This document shows, one piece after another, positions 25,975-38,500 of a DNA stretch of 64,000 nucleotides. Within the stretch, counting starts at the first letter, position 1. Each line of letters opens with the position of its first letter. A program made the translations under genes and the position numbers. The stretch is from contig CDLV01000005.1 of assembly GCA_001244265.2 (NCBI GenBank), forward strand, positions 310,001-374,000. The letters run 5' to 3'. This DNA comes from Microbotryum violaceum. Taxonomy: Eukaryota. The notes below the pieces were generated by a model. It was not told the DNA's origin and searched no databases. It worked only from the letters and a program-made list of their open reading frames with translations.

Positions 25975-26718
25975 CTTTTCGAGCGAGCTGGTAAGAGGTC
26001 GGGTACTGGCGGTCGGTGGTTGCTCGGCCCTGACCGTGCGCGCTTATCACCAAAGAGGTCTGTGCGGGAGAACGGAGTTGGGTGATCCGAGATTCAAGTA
26101 ATCGATGCGGTAAGAAGGCAAGCAAGCGCGGCCTGAAGTATGGTGCGATTTAGTGATTTGATGAGTTGCAACTTGTTGCGGTGAGTGGAAGACGAGAGGA
26201 GTGGTCGGGATAGCGGAGTAGCGATAGCCTCGGCGAGCTCGGCCAAGCCACGACCAGGGAAGCGATAGAGCCGACACGGGCTAGCGAGAAGTGCCGATGG
26301 GGTTTAAGCGATGATTTGAGCGAGAGCTGATTCGCTAGTGGGCCTAAGGCCGTGTCGGAGCTCTGCGACGGCGAGGCGAACGCGGGTCGAGGCCCGGACC
26401 CCGCCTTATCAGACGCGAAGATAGTGCTGATTGCGCCGACCTCCGAAACGGAGATCATCAGGCGTTTCGAGTGGGCTCCTGCACGGGTGTCCTTTTTATC
26501 AGAAACGGCTCGCTAGCGTTTGCGAGGTGTTGATGTGGAAGAATAGATTTGGCGATAGACTCGCGCAACGCCTCTATCGCATCCAATCGCCTTCCACCCT
26601 TATGTCTCTGACGATCGTGACAAGGTGATCCTCCACCTGGCACCCCTTCTTCAACACTCGGATCCCCTGCCTACACAGAATATCTCGAGGAATTGACCTT
26701 GTTCGAATTCGCTGCAAG
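25975..26718. promoter_or_regulatory. Divergent NiR/NR promoter with GATAR cluster and three CCGA[A/C]ACGG motifs
   Basis: GATAR/YTATC at about 26045, 26209, 26223, 26264, 26407, 26420, 26497, 26554 and 26575. CCGACACGG at 26271-26279, CCGTGTCGG (reverse) at 26350-26358, and CTCCGAAACGGAG at 26441-26453. Confidence 0.82.
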
Positions 26719-29700
26719 ATGAGCTCGGCGAGTTTGTCTTCCCTTACCTCGAGCGACTCGGAGGACCTTCAATCGCAAGGCTCGGCGGCTTCGACCGCGC
26801 CGACGAGTCTAGCCGCCACACCCGCGCCATCGTCGCCCAAGCAGAGTTCCAACGCTCTCAGCTTTACCGAATGCCGCACATCGGCACCAAAGGAGCCCGA
26901 CCATTTCAACTCGCTCCCATCCCCCTTTTATCCGGCATCACTCCTTTCGGCCGATGAGAAGCAGGAGCATCTCTTGCCCGCGTTGCCTTTGGAGTACCCT
27001 GCGTTGCCGGCAACGACGAGACCGGAGCAACCCTGCGACGCCGACAGGGGGACACCGGACGAGTGGATCGTGCGTGACGAGAAGCTGGTGCGATTGACGG
27101 GCAAGTGGCCCTTCAACTGCGAACCTCCTTTGCCTGATCTATGGAAGTCGGTGAGTTTTCAGAGATCACGTCTGACCTAACCTTCACAACGACTAGGGCG
27201 GGGACTGCCCGATGGGCGGGCCATTCAAGTCGCTGACCATTCTGAAACCGTTGATGCACACTCGCAGGGATTCTTGACATCGACGAGGTTGTTCTACGTC
27301 CGCAACCACGGAGTGGTGCCCAAAGTCTCGAGGCAAGATGCTGAAGCGTGGACGTTTGATATCGGAGGGTAAGTCGGAAGTCTTGGGCCTTTGCGTCGGA
27401 CTGATGCGGTAGGGACTAAAGGCTGACATGGGGTTGGGTCACATTTTCTTCTTGTCGCGCACGCGCACGATACAGCCTCGTCAAGCGCCCCTGCACATTA
27501 TCCCTCGCCGACTTGCTCGATCCCTCTCGTTTCAATGCGGTAACCCTTCCTGTGACGCTGGTCTGCGCCGGCAACCGACGCAAGGAGCAGAACGTCGTTC
27601 GCAAGTCGCTCGGCTTCTCCTGGGGGGCGGCTGGCCTCTCGACAGCGCTGTTCACCGGTGTCTACTTGGCGGATGTACTTGACTACGTCTGCCCCCAAAA
27701 CGAAGGCAAGATCGGCCAACCTGGCTTCAAGCGCGCCGAGCATGTCATCTTTGAGGGGGCCGAGAACCTGCCGAACGGCAAATACGGAACGTCCCAGCGT
27801 CTGAGGTGGGCAAGGCTTCGGGAGAAGGGGATGATGCTGGCATGGGCCATGAACGGAGAGGTGCATCTTTCACAATAGAGAATTCCACCCTCTTCGACTT
27901 AATACTGACCGGTCTTGTCATGTTTTCACGTTAGGCACTCGAGCCTGATCATGGCTACCCGCTTCGACTTCTTGTGCCGGGCCAAATCGGGGGTCGAAGT
28001 GTCAAGTGGCTCAAAAAAATCATCGTCAGCGACAAGGAGAGCGATCATCACCTGCATTACTGGGACAACAAGGTCCTGCCCACCACCTTGATGCCTGAGC
28101 AAGCGAGAAGTGAGCGACAGTGGTGGTATGATCCTCGGTGAGTGACTCGCGCCGCATGCTCTACAGCCAGAATATCGCAAAGAGTTGCTGACCCAGCCCC
28201 GATGCCCCCAGATACATCATCAATGACCTCAACACCAACTCGGCGGTCGCTTGCCCCGCCCACGACGAGCAGCTCGTCGTTCCAGTTCCAACCGAGGCGA
28301 ACCCCTCTCCGACTTACACCGTCCAGGGCTACGCATACGCAGGCGGTGGACGTCGCGTCACTCGCATGGAGATTACCCTCGACGACGGCGACACCTGGTC
28401 TCTTTGCGACATTCGATACCCGGAGGACGACTACCGTCAGATGCCCTTCTCGGCACCCGTCTGGGGCACGTTGGACATCACTGATCGAGATGAATGCTTC
28501 TGCTGGGCTTTCTGGAAGATCGAGATCCCCATCGAGAAGCTCAAGGACGCCACCTCGATCGCTATCCGAGGTATGGATGAGGGTCTGAACTTGCAAGGGA
28601 AAACAATGTACTGGAAGTGAGTCGGATGGTTTCGGAACTGTTCAAACACTTCCCGAATGGTGAATGCTGACACCCCCTCCTTCTCTATCATCTTGCTCAC
28701 CAGCCCCACTGGTATGATGGTAAGTCCAGAGGTTTGTCTCCCATTGTTCTCTCGGAATTTATCATTGACATATCTATCGTACTCTTGGATCACAGAACAA
28801 CTGCTGGTTCAGGGTCGTGATTCACTCCTCAATGTCCGAAACCGGCGAAACAGTTCTTCGATTTGAGCACCCGACCATGCCGGGTTCGCAACCCGGAGGA
28901 TGGATGGAGCGAATGAAAGATAACGGCGAGGATATTCTTCGACCCCAGTTTGGTGTCGTACCCACAGGAGAAGAGAGTGAAATCCTCTTGCAGTCAAAAG
29001 AGTCGGCCAAGCTGAAGAAATCGACCGTCGTCATGACCAAGGAGGGCGTCACTCGCAAGATCACGATGACCGAGGTGCAGGCTCACAACAAGGAGAGCGA
29101 ACCTTGGTTCGTCGTCAAGGGCGAGGTGTACGATGGCACGGGCTTCCTTGCCAAGCACCCGGGTGGCGCGGAATCGATCACGCTCGTCGCCGGCGAGGAT
29201 GCCACTGAAGACTTTACGGCCATCCATTCCATTGTAAGGCGACGCGAGATAGGGCATCTGGTAGACGTGAGCTAATGCAGATAGTGTTCCACCCGTAGGA
29301 CGCAAAAGCACAACTTGCCGACTATCACATTGGCACGCTCGTCGTTGAGGAAGCCCCCTCCGCGGTTGTGCCCTCCACACCTACCCTCCCCGATCCTATC
29401 TTTCTCAACAAGTCCAAGTGGAAAGCTGCAACGCTGATCTCGATTGAGAAGCTCAACCATGACTCGCGCAACTACCGCTTTGCGCTGGAGTACCCTGAAC
29501 AGCAGCTCGGCTTGCCAACGGGGCAACACGTTTACGCTCGCTTGCGCCGGAAGGTCTCGCCGAGCGACGCCGAGGACAAAGGTGGTGTACCGATCGTCGA
29601 GGGCGAGCTCGTGCAACGTGCCTACACGCCGGTGTCATCGAACACTGCTCAAGGCTTCTTGGACCTTTTGATCAAGGTCTACTTCCGCACGCCCGACTTC

Positions 29701-30308
29701 CCGGAGGGCGGCAGGATGACCCTCGGGTTCGACGAACTTCAGATCGGCGACAAGGTTGAGTTTAAGGGTCCTCTGGGAAGCTTCCGATGGCTTGGGAAGG
29801 GTATGTGCAACTGGAAGGGCGTTAAGAGAAGCGCGCGGAATATCGGGATGATCTGCGGCGGTTCAGGTAAGCTATTTTACCCGTCTCAGCTTTAACTCGC
29901 GCGGGTGACTGAGCAAACCCAATATGTCTCGTCTTTTCAGGCATCACCCCCATCATCCAGGTCATGCGAGGCATCATCCACGACTCTGAAGACATCGATA
30001 CGAACGTTTGGGTCTTGAACGCGAACAAGACCGAGGCGGACATCCTCTTGCGAGCCGAACTCGAAGAGCTCGGCAAGCTCGTCGGCCCTTCGCGGTGTCG
30101 CCAGCACCTCGTGCTCTCCAAAGGTCCCGCAGATTGGGCGCACTCCAAAGGTCGCATCAACAAGCAGATGTTGATCGACCACCTTCCCCCACCGGGACCC
30201 GATTCCTTGGTGTTGATCTGTGGCCCCGACCCCATGATCAACGAGATTATCAAACCGGGGTTGGCGGAGCTAGGATGGGATGTACCGAATACGTTGGTAA
30301 TCTTTTGA
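26719..30308 (+). CDS. niaD: Assimilatory nitrate reductase (Moco, cytochrome b5 and FAD/NAD(P)H domains)
   Basis: Moco domain: LVRLTGKWPFNCEP, FYVRNHGVVP, TLVCAGNRRKEQN, DHGYPLRLLVPGQIGGRSVKWL, YAYAGGGRRV, CFCWAFW. Cytochrome b5 domain: HPGGAESI. FAD/NAD(P)H domain: LGLPTGQH, RAYTPVS, ICGGSGITP, ICGPDPM. Confidence 0.98.
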
Positions 30309-30946
30309 GCAACGAGGATGCAATTGCTCTTCTCTGCTGTAATCACTACACTTTCTATGCACTGGCTGTCATTCCCGCGAGGCCCAGGCCCTTGCGTGCA
30401 AGAACTTCACATCGCTGGCGGGATGCGCCAGGTCGTGCGTGCCGGCGGGCGACGCGCGCTCGGTTGTTCAAGTGAATCAAGCTCAAATGCTCAAGCTCAA
30501 AGCTCAAGTGGGCCGCTCGCGCAGGCCGGTGCATTTTACGAGGCTCCTCAAAAATGTGTTGGTTTTTTAGCTGAAGCTGTGGAGGCAATTGCTGCACCCT
30601 AATGTTTTTTTTAAGTCGATTTAAGTACCTTTTACTCGTGGGCAGAGCGACTTTAGCGCGGCGGATATCATCGCGCAAGCCAATTTTATAGCTAGAGGTG
30701 TGCGTTCCTGATTTCCGGCCGCTTCTCGCGCGGGTCACATCTGGCTCTCCAGACAGCCGGACTGATCAGAGCCGGGGGGCGCCCGTCTTAGCCCGTCTTG
30801 GCCCTAGGCCCATCTTCGGACCGAAGAGGGAGGCCGGAGACAGCAGCGCCTCCTCCTGGCGTTTCCTCCTCATCTCAGTCTCATCGTGCTTCCGCATTCG
30901 ATCCCTACGCCCGGATTCTCTTGCCCAAACACTGGTCCCAGACGTC

Positions 30947-33900
30947 ATGTCTGGTCAGGACTCTGCGGCTTCGTCCGTCGACGAACCTAGAACACCACCG
31001 TCGCAGGAAAAGAAGTCGAGCGCGCAATCGATCGCACACTCGCATAGTCATGGCCATCCCATCTCCTCAGCCTTCGTCCCCGCCCCGTTCGCTCCGCCAC
31101 CGTTCCCGCCCCTCGACCTTTTCACTAACAAGAACCTCACCATATCTCAAGCTCTACACGACAACCCTTCGTGGCCGCCCAAGAGAGCAGCGCGCAAGCT
31201 GTTTCCGAAGCCCTTTTTTGGAAAGCGCTTCTACCGACGATTCTTCATCAAGCACGACTTGGAACATGTACGTAGGGATCGTGATAGTGGGTACTTTGTA
31301 ACATGATGAGGAAACTAAACCCAAGCGTTCTCCGGAACAGGGTCGTGACTGGACTCAGGAGGAGCTCGATGAAGCGGCCAAACGAGGTGACTTTCCGCGG
31401 CGACCCAGTGACTTGTTCCTCAAGGTCAGTCTATGCAGCGTGACCGTAAAGTCGCCCTAGGATCTGGTTTACCCAATGCCTTACTGCAAATAGATGTACG
31501 CCGACGTGCTGCTCTGCTTGACCCGAGACAGTCTCGCAGGGAATGTCTCACCCGCGCTCATTGGCTCTTCGGGGACGATCCCTCTCTCAATCGTCTCGAC
31601 TATTCCGGACATCATGCAACACCATTACGACTGCAGTCAGTAGCCATCTTCACTGTTCCTTCCGGTTCGCGAGCGGCCAAGAAATCCCCCAAAAACTGCG
31701 CAGGGGGAGGCGCCAACTTTCGCGCAGTCGAACCGCCGCCCCACTTGGGGAGCCTCGCTGACGTTGTCCGTCTTTGGCCCACCCTCGGCCTGATTCACAC
31801 AGTTGTTCTAGCCGAAAAGGAGGTCTTTCTCGTGACGAGTGAGTCACTTGTCATCGGTAATCTGGTTTCTACTCATTCTGCGGATGTAGACTAATGCAAA
31901 AATGTTCATGTTTCGGTAGACTACTGGCAGTAAGCAGCTAGCCTCGCCCTCAGTCGCAACAACGCGACTGCCGACGCTGACCTTTCCTCCGCGCCCCACT
32001 CGCCACGGCAGACCATCGGATTCGGTCAAAACCATTGCAAGTGCATTGATAGAACTTGACGCAAGAGTGAGCAAGAGAAACGGCGCAAAGATTGTCGTCA
32101 AGATCATGTGGGACCGTGGTGCTATTCAGCAGCTATGGAAGTGAGTCGGATCTGGACCTTTCAAGAGAAGTAATACTTTTCTTTTCACCCCAGCTCACGC
32201 GTTTCGGCGTGTGTCAGCAACCATGTTTTCGTTGGTCCATCAACCTATGTTCCCCTCGGCGTACCGCCTCCCTCCGAAGTACCCAATTTGTCGATCCAGA
32301 TCATCAACTTTCATCGCCCCCCACTCGGAACGTTCCACCAAAAAGCGCTTGTCGTCGACCGAAAAATTGCCCTCATCAACAGCAACAACATCCAGGATCG
32401 GCCCAACGTCGAGGTAAGAGTCGGCCCGCAACCTCATTCCTCATATGCTCAGATATTGACGGGTCGGCCTTGCTTGGGTGCAGATGATGGTCCACCTCGA
32501 GGGCCCGATCGTCGATTCGATGTACGACTGTCTCCTGCTCTCCTGGCACGCAAAGCTCGATCCCCCCTTGCCGTGCCTTGAATCCCCATCTCCCAACTCC
32601 GACCCCTCCAAACCCTGGCACTACACTTTCGCCGATGAAAACCCGTACCTTGAACACATCGACATCGCCAAAGCGGCCAAAGCGGCGCGCAAGCTCCTGG
32701 CCCAGCAGGTCAAACACTCGGACGTACTGTCAAGCACTGCCCCTCCACAATGGTGGCAGACTGACAGACCGCATGAGTTCGAATCGCGAACGGCCGCACA
32801 TCAACCTTTGGGCGGGTTCGCACATTTGGTCAACACGCTGATCGAGCGTGCGCGAGAGGAAGCCGCGAAGGCCAGGGGCGAGATCTATGTACCCGCGGCG
32901 AATCGACCCCCCATGCCAAGCGTGTCCGAGGAGGGAAGCGGGGACGAAGCGGCAAAGGAGTCCAAGCTCGGTGATTCTACGGTCGGCACATCGACTAGTG
33001 GCACAAGCAATGCCACAAACACGATCGCGACTCCGGACGGTCACACGCTGGTCACCCCGGCTGCGCCGGTCGACACCGCCAAGCAGGGAGGCGCCGCACG
33101 AGTGGCGGAGCTGCAGAGCATGGAGGCAGTCCCACCGCGGTCACCCGGTCTAAACCACCCGGGCTCTCCAGGTCTTGCACCTCTTTCGTCTCCAGGACTC
33201 TCTGTTCAAGGCGATGGAACCGAATCGCCCCAAGGATCGTTTTACAACAATGGCAATGACTCGTCGACCCCGGGCACGCCGATCCAGGGATCCGTCAAAT
33301 CTCGCCTGCGAGCGCTGTCCAAATCGCTCAACGCTGGAGCGATTAAAAAGATCGAGGCCGCCTTTGACGACGAGTCGCTCATCGACGACTTTAAACCCCA
33401 CATGCTGCACAAGGCACATGCGCCATTCCCGATCGCAATGGTCAATCGCCGACCGCACGGCGCGCCGGGCCACCAGGACATTCGCGTCCCCCAAGATGCG
33501 GCTTGGCTGGCGGCACTTCGATATGCGGAGAAGAACGTGTTCATGTGAGTCTGAGATTCCGAGAGCGTGTGAAGATGCACGGTAGCTGATCTACGTATTT
33601 GCCACAGCCAAACCCCCACGCTCAACGCCTTCCCTCTGGTCCGGGCTGTCATCGAGGCGTGCTCAAAGGGTGGCAAGGACAAGCAAGGCATTCCAGTCAC
33701 GGTCTACCTCGGACTCGGGTTTAACGATAAGGGAGAGAGCGTTCCATTCCAAGGTGGAACAAATGAGGTGCGTGAGCCCTTAGAGTGTGTGATTGAGCGA
33801 GATGGGCAAAGCTGACACCCTCGCGCCCCTATCGTGACGATCTGCAGGAGGTGACGGTGCGGCTGTACAAGGCGCTGCGCAGGGTCAAGAAGGAATACAA

Positions 33901-34318
33901 CCTACACATCTACTGGTACTGCGGCAAGGACCAGATCAAACCGTTGAATGCCATCCACAAGTCGCGAAACTGCCACGTAAGCCCCGAATCGGCCCGCCTA
34001 CTCTGCTTCTCGGCCGACACTCACGCGATCTTCTTCCTACTCTTCCAGGTCAAGTTCATGTCTGTTGATGGATCTGTCGGTATTTGCGGTAACGGTAATC
34101 AAGATAGCCAGAGCTTTATGCACTCCCAAGAAGCCAACATCATGATCGATGACGCCACAATCGTCGGGGATTGGATAGATCAACTCGAAGCGAACCAAGC
34201 GACGCGCAAGTATGGCAAAGTCGACACCGACGGCATTTGGAGGGATGCGACCACGGGCGAGCAGCTGGAAGCACCTAAGAGCGTCAGTTGCTTCTCTGCA
34301 ATTTGGGCTATGATCTAG
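30947..34318 (+). CDS. Phospholipase D-superfamily protein with two HKD motifs
   Basis: HKD1 is FHQKALVVDRKIALINSNNIQDRPNVE and HKD2 is NCH|VKFMSVDGSVGICGNGNQDSQS. Other conserved segments include GDFPRRPSDLFLK and PQDAAWLAALRYAEKNVF. ATG at 30947; many introns. No PX/PH domains seen, so this is not Spo14. Confidence 0.85.
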
Positions 34319-35597
34319 GAAGCGTCCGGAGGCGTGGATGCGAAGCGCTGCGGAAGGAGGAAGGGTTCGGCTTGGACCCTTTCCTTTTGTAAACCTCGCC
34401 AAATTTCTCACATTCGTTTGCGGAGCCGTAGAGTCGGTGTATCTGCGTCTACGTCTTTTTGGTGTTTTGTTAATCGATCTGTGAATTGTGTTGGTAAGCA
34501 TCTGCAAGTCAAAGGACACTTTCGTTCATAGCGCTCAGCCCAAAGGCTTGCTGGCTTCCTTCCGGAACCGTCCTGAGCACTACTTGATCGAGACGTTTGT
34601 GGCCGTGTAGGCTCGGCATGGTTGAAGGTTCAAGTGCGGAATTGAGACAAGCCCTGGAGGGACTGAGACGGTAGTACCCGAGGTGTTCGTCGTGTTGCAT
34701 TTGAACAAGATAGGCAGAGCCCCTCGGAATGACTCCGAGCCACAGACGCGCGAGACAACAATCGGTCGTCCGCACTCAGGCTGGTTCGGGCAAAATGGTG
34801 AAAACAAAAGCTCTGTGGTCAAGGCGCCAATCTGAGCGCTCATCATGCCCAGGTAGAATGTGTTGAGAGCGTCAAGGATGTCGTAAGACGTCTGACGTGT
34901 GACAAGCCCTGACAAGGCGAAGGTTGGCCTCGTGGAGAAACTGAATGATCGAGTCGGCTTGACTGCGAACCTCCTTCTTCAGCTCGGTGGCGCTCTTCGT
35001 ATTCATAGATCCGAAATCGAGCCGCTTGAGTGGGGAGGGGAAGCCGCGCGATCGATCGTGCACGCTGCTTTGCTCATTGCTGCGGCTGCAAATCAGGTCG
35101 GAGCGGGTCGGAGTGACCTCGGTGACCTCGGTGACCCAGGGGTTGCAATGGGATTGGACTTATCTTGCTCTTACCTTCACCTTTGCATCCCAATTCATCT
35201 TCTTCGAATCATCTTATCTTTCCGGCACATCCAATTCTCGTCTTCACCTTAATTCATCACCCCATCATCATCACCTTGGCTTCCACCCCGAATCACCTCC
35301 GAGTCCACCTTCATCCGTTGCCTTCACCCCTACACCCTTACACCTCCACCTTCGACATACTCTCATTTCATGCTGCTCTTTTTTCACGTTCGACCTTGCT
35401 ACCGTCAACCTGCCCTTCACTCCATCGTCTTTCTCTTGTTTACGTTGTTCACCTCCACGTCGGCCGGGCGTGCTCCTTCAAATCCGAGGCCCTTCGTCAC
35501 TCAGTCTCTTAATCTTACAAACAGTCTATTTCCATTGATGCGCCTTACTATGCTTAAACAACTCGACACTGCTTATAGTAGTACACAAGGAGGTTTA

Positions 35598-38500
35598 TCA
35601 CCAAGCCATCTTGGCCAAGCGGCCGTTCGGGTACCTCCTGTTGATCGCTTTTCGTACCTCGTCGAACATGAGCAACCCGGCTCCATAAGCGAGAGGCAAG
35701 CCGTAGAACTCGATACCGACGGTTGTCGTACCAAAAACCTTTTGGAACCAAGGGATATAGGAGAAAGCGATCGCGAATAGGAGCGCAGCGACCATGGCGG
35801 GGAAGAGGCGGTAGTTGCGGGTTCGGGGCGAACCCAGTGGGTTTTGAGAGACGAGGGACAAGCGACGCGTGCGCGTCGAGAGCAGGTTGAACCACTGCAT
35901 CAGGACCAAGTTGAAAAAATAGATCGACTGCGCCTTGCTGAGGAGGCCCGCGTTAACGACGGATGAGTAATTGAGCCACAACGACGAGAAGTGGACGCCG
36001 TGGCGGTGGAAGCCAAAGTAAAAGGCACCCGTCATAGCCGTCAACGTCTCGGGGACGCCGAGGAAAAAGTAGGCGTGACCGAGGAGCCTGGCATCGGCGA
36101 GTCGTTCCTTCTTACGGTCGCGAGGCTTGCGAAGCAGCAAGTCGGCTTCGGGCTTCTCGAAACACAGAGAAAGGGCGGGAAGGACACTGCGGAGATGGGG
36201 CGAGCGATCAACATACCATTCATGCGGTTTTGGAGGATGCATGTTCAACTCACTCGATGACGGCGCAAATCAAGATCATTTGAATGTTGGAGAGCACTTG
36301 GGGAAGGCCGAAGAAGACGTTGACCAGGACCGGCATCAACTCGGAGAACGATCCGGCAGGCAAGAGGTAGAGGATCGATTTTCGCAAGTTCTCGAAGCAG
36401 AGTCGACCCGATTCGATACCGACGACGATGGCGCTAAAGTTGTCAAGCAAGATCAAGTCCGCAGCTTCCATGGCGACCTCGGAACCACCAGCGACGGCCA
36501 CACCCACGTCGGCTTGCTTCAAGGCAGGGGCATCGTTGCAGCCGTCACCCGTGACGGCGACGGTGCAACCCGTGGCCTGGTACGACTTGACGATCTGAAG
36601 CTTTTGTTGGGGTGACGTGCGAGCAAAGACGACCTCGTCGAAGGACATAACCTGAGACCGTTGAGAGGCGGTCATGGTGATGAGCTCGGGACCACTGAGA
36701 GCAATCGAGCGAAGAGGTGCGTCGAGGGCTTTGTTGGCGTCGTAGGGGGCGATCGAACCCTCAGGCAGATCGCGAGGCAAGTCGGCGAGCCCATGAACCT
36801 TGGACGTCGTGATGATGCCAGCGGATCGTGCGATCGAGACGGCCGTTACGGACATGTCACCCGTGACCTGGAAGAACAGTTACATTGAGTCAGCCAGCAA
36901 GTAACGAATAAACCCTGGCGACCGAAATACTTACCATCATGAAGCGAATTCCAGCGCCGCGGCAAACTCGAACCGTCTCGGCAGTGTCGTCTCGCAGAGG
37001 GTCGACGAGCGCAGCCATTCCCACAATCGTCAGATCTTTGTTGAGCTCGAGCAGCGTATCCTCATCGTCGAGGTTCGTCGCATTGGCCTGATCCCTGCGG
37101 AAAACCTTGCGCGCGAGGAGCAAGACCCGTTTGCCCTGTTCCGCCAATTCGATCTGACGATTCGAGATGGACGTGATGGCCGCGTCGTCGAGAGCGAGGA
37201 TCTGACCTTCTATGTCCATGTAGGTCGAGCAACGTTTGATGAGGACGTCCGGAGCGCCTTTAACGAGCATCAAGCAGTCCTCGGGGTGGTAGTCGTCCGA
37301 CGCGAGCAGAGGGGGCAGCGTAGCATCGAGTTTCTCGGCGTCGAAGGGTGTGAAGACCTTGATCGCAAACTTATTTTTGCTGTTGAAAGAGAGCTTGCCG
37401 ACTACCTTCCAGAGGGCTCGGAGCTCAGCTACGCGGGACATGTCTTCGGCGAATCGGAAGAGTCCCGTGTCGGTGGCGTCACCATTGACTTTGCGTTCGT
37501 GGGCTGGCAGTTTGGTATCGGCGGAGCCAAATACGGCGTCGTTGCACAGACCAGCGATGGAGGACAGGGTCATGACCGCTCGACGACTGATGCTTAGTTC
37601 ACCTCCGCCGGCGGCCAGTGCTTGCGCCTCCTTGGTCGAGACGATCTTGTCCCCAACGACGATGTCGACGACGGTCATGCGGTTCTGGGTGAGCGTACCC
37701 GTCTTGTCCGAGCAGATGACGGAGACGCAACCGAGAGACTCGACGGTAGCCAATGTCTTGCACATGATGTTCTTCTTCTTCATCGAGCCAGCGATAACGG
37801 TCAAACTGAGCGTGACGCACACGGGCAAACCCTCGGGGATGAAGGCGATCGCGACGGACACGCAGTCGATGAGGAGCGTAGGAACGTTGATGAAGTCGGG
37901 GTGTTTGCGGCGCAAGAAGACGGCCCAGAAGATGACGATGAGCAACGCGACACTGAATGCGAGCGAACCGATGATGATGACGAAGTGGCTGATTTCGACT
38001 TCGAGCGAGGTCTTGACGGGTCGTTCGCCCGTCGCGTCCTTTGCGATCCGACCAAAGACGGTGTTGTCTCCGAGACCAACGCAAACACCGATACCACTTC
38101 CGGAAAGGCACAAAGTTCCTTGCAGAGCAATATTGCGCGACTCCATGCTGCTCGCACACAAAGATAAGCGAACATCGGGTCAGCAAACTCGGATCGAAGA
38201 AAAGGGACTGGATGCAGACGCATTCGGAAGACTGGTACTCACAAGTTGGCATCAGTGGGCACAGTCGTACCCGAGATGGGGTTCGATTCGCCGGTAAGGA
38301 TCGAACGATCGAAGCGCAAGTCGGCCGAACACTCGATCAAACGAAGGTCAGCCGGCACCTTGGAGCCGAGGGTTACTTTGACGACGTCGCCGGTCACGAG
38401 ATCGGAGGCCGGGATCGTAAACGTGATGCCATCTCGGCACACAAGCACGTCAGATGGAAGCATGCCGGAAATAGAAGCCATCGTACGGCCGGTCGAGTAG

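Noticed and set aside
25975-26718. Canonical NirA site CTCCGHGG
   Set aside because: I searched by eye here and upstream of NRT2 and found no exact match; the CTCCG occurrences continue differently.
30479-30508. Degenerate AAGCTCA repeats downstream of NR
   Set aside because: This is a short low-complexity repeat with no spacers and no evidence of function; it is not CRISPR-like.
37350-38297. 315-aa ORF on the + strand
   Set aside because: It lies antisense to the P-type ATPase exon and is a codon-bias artefact.
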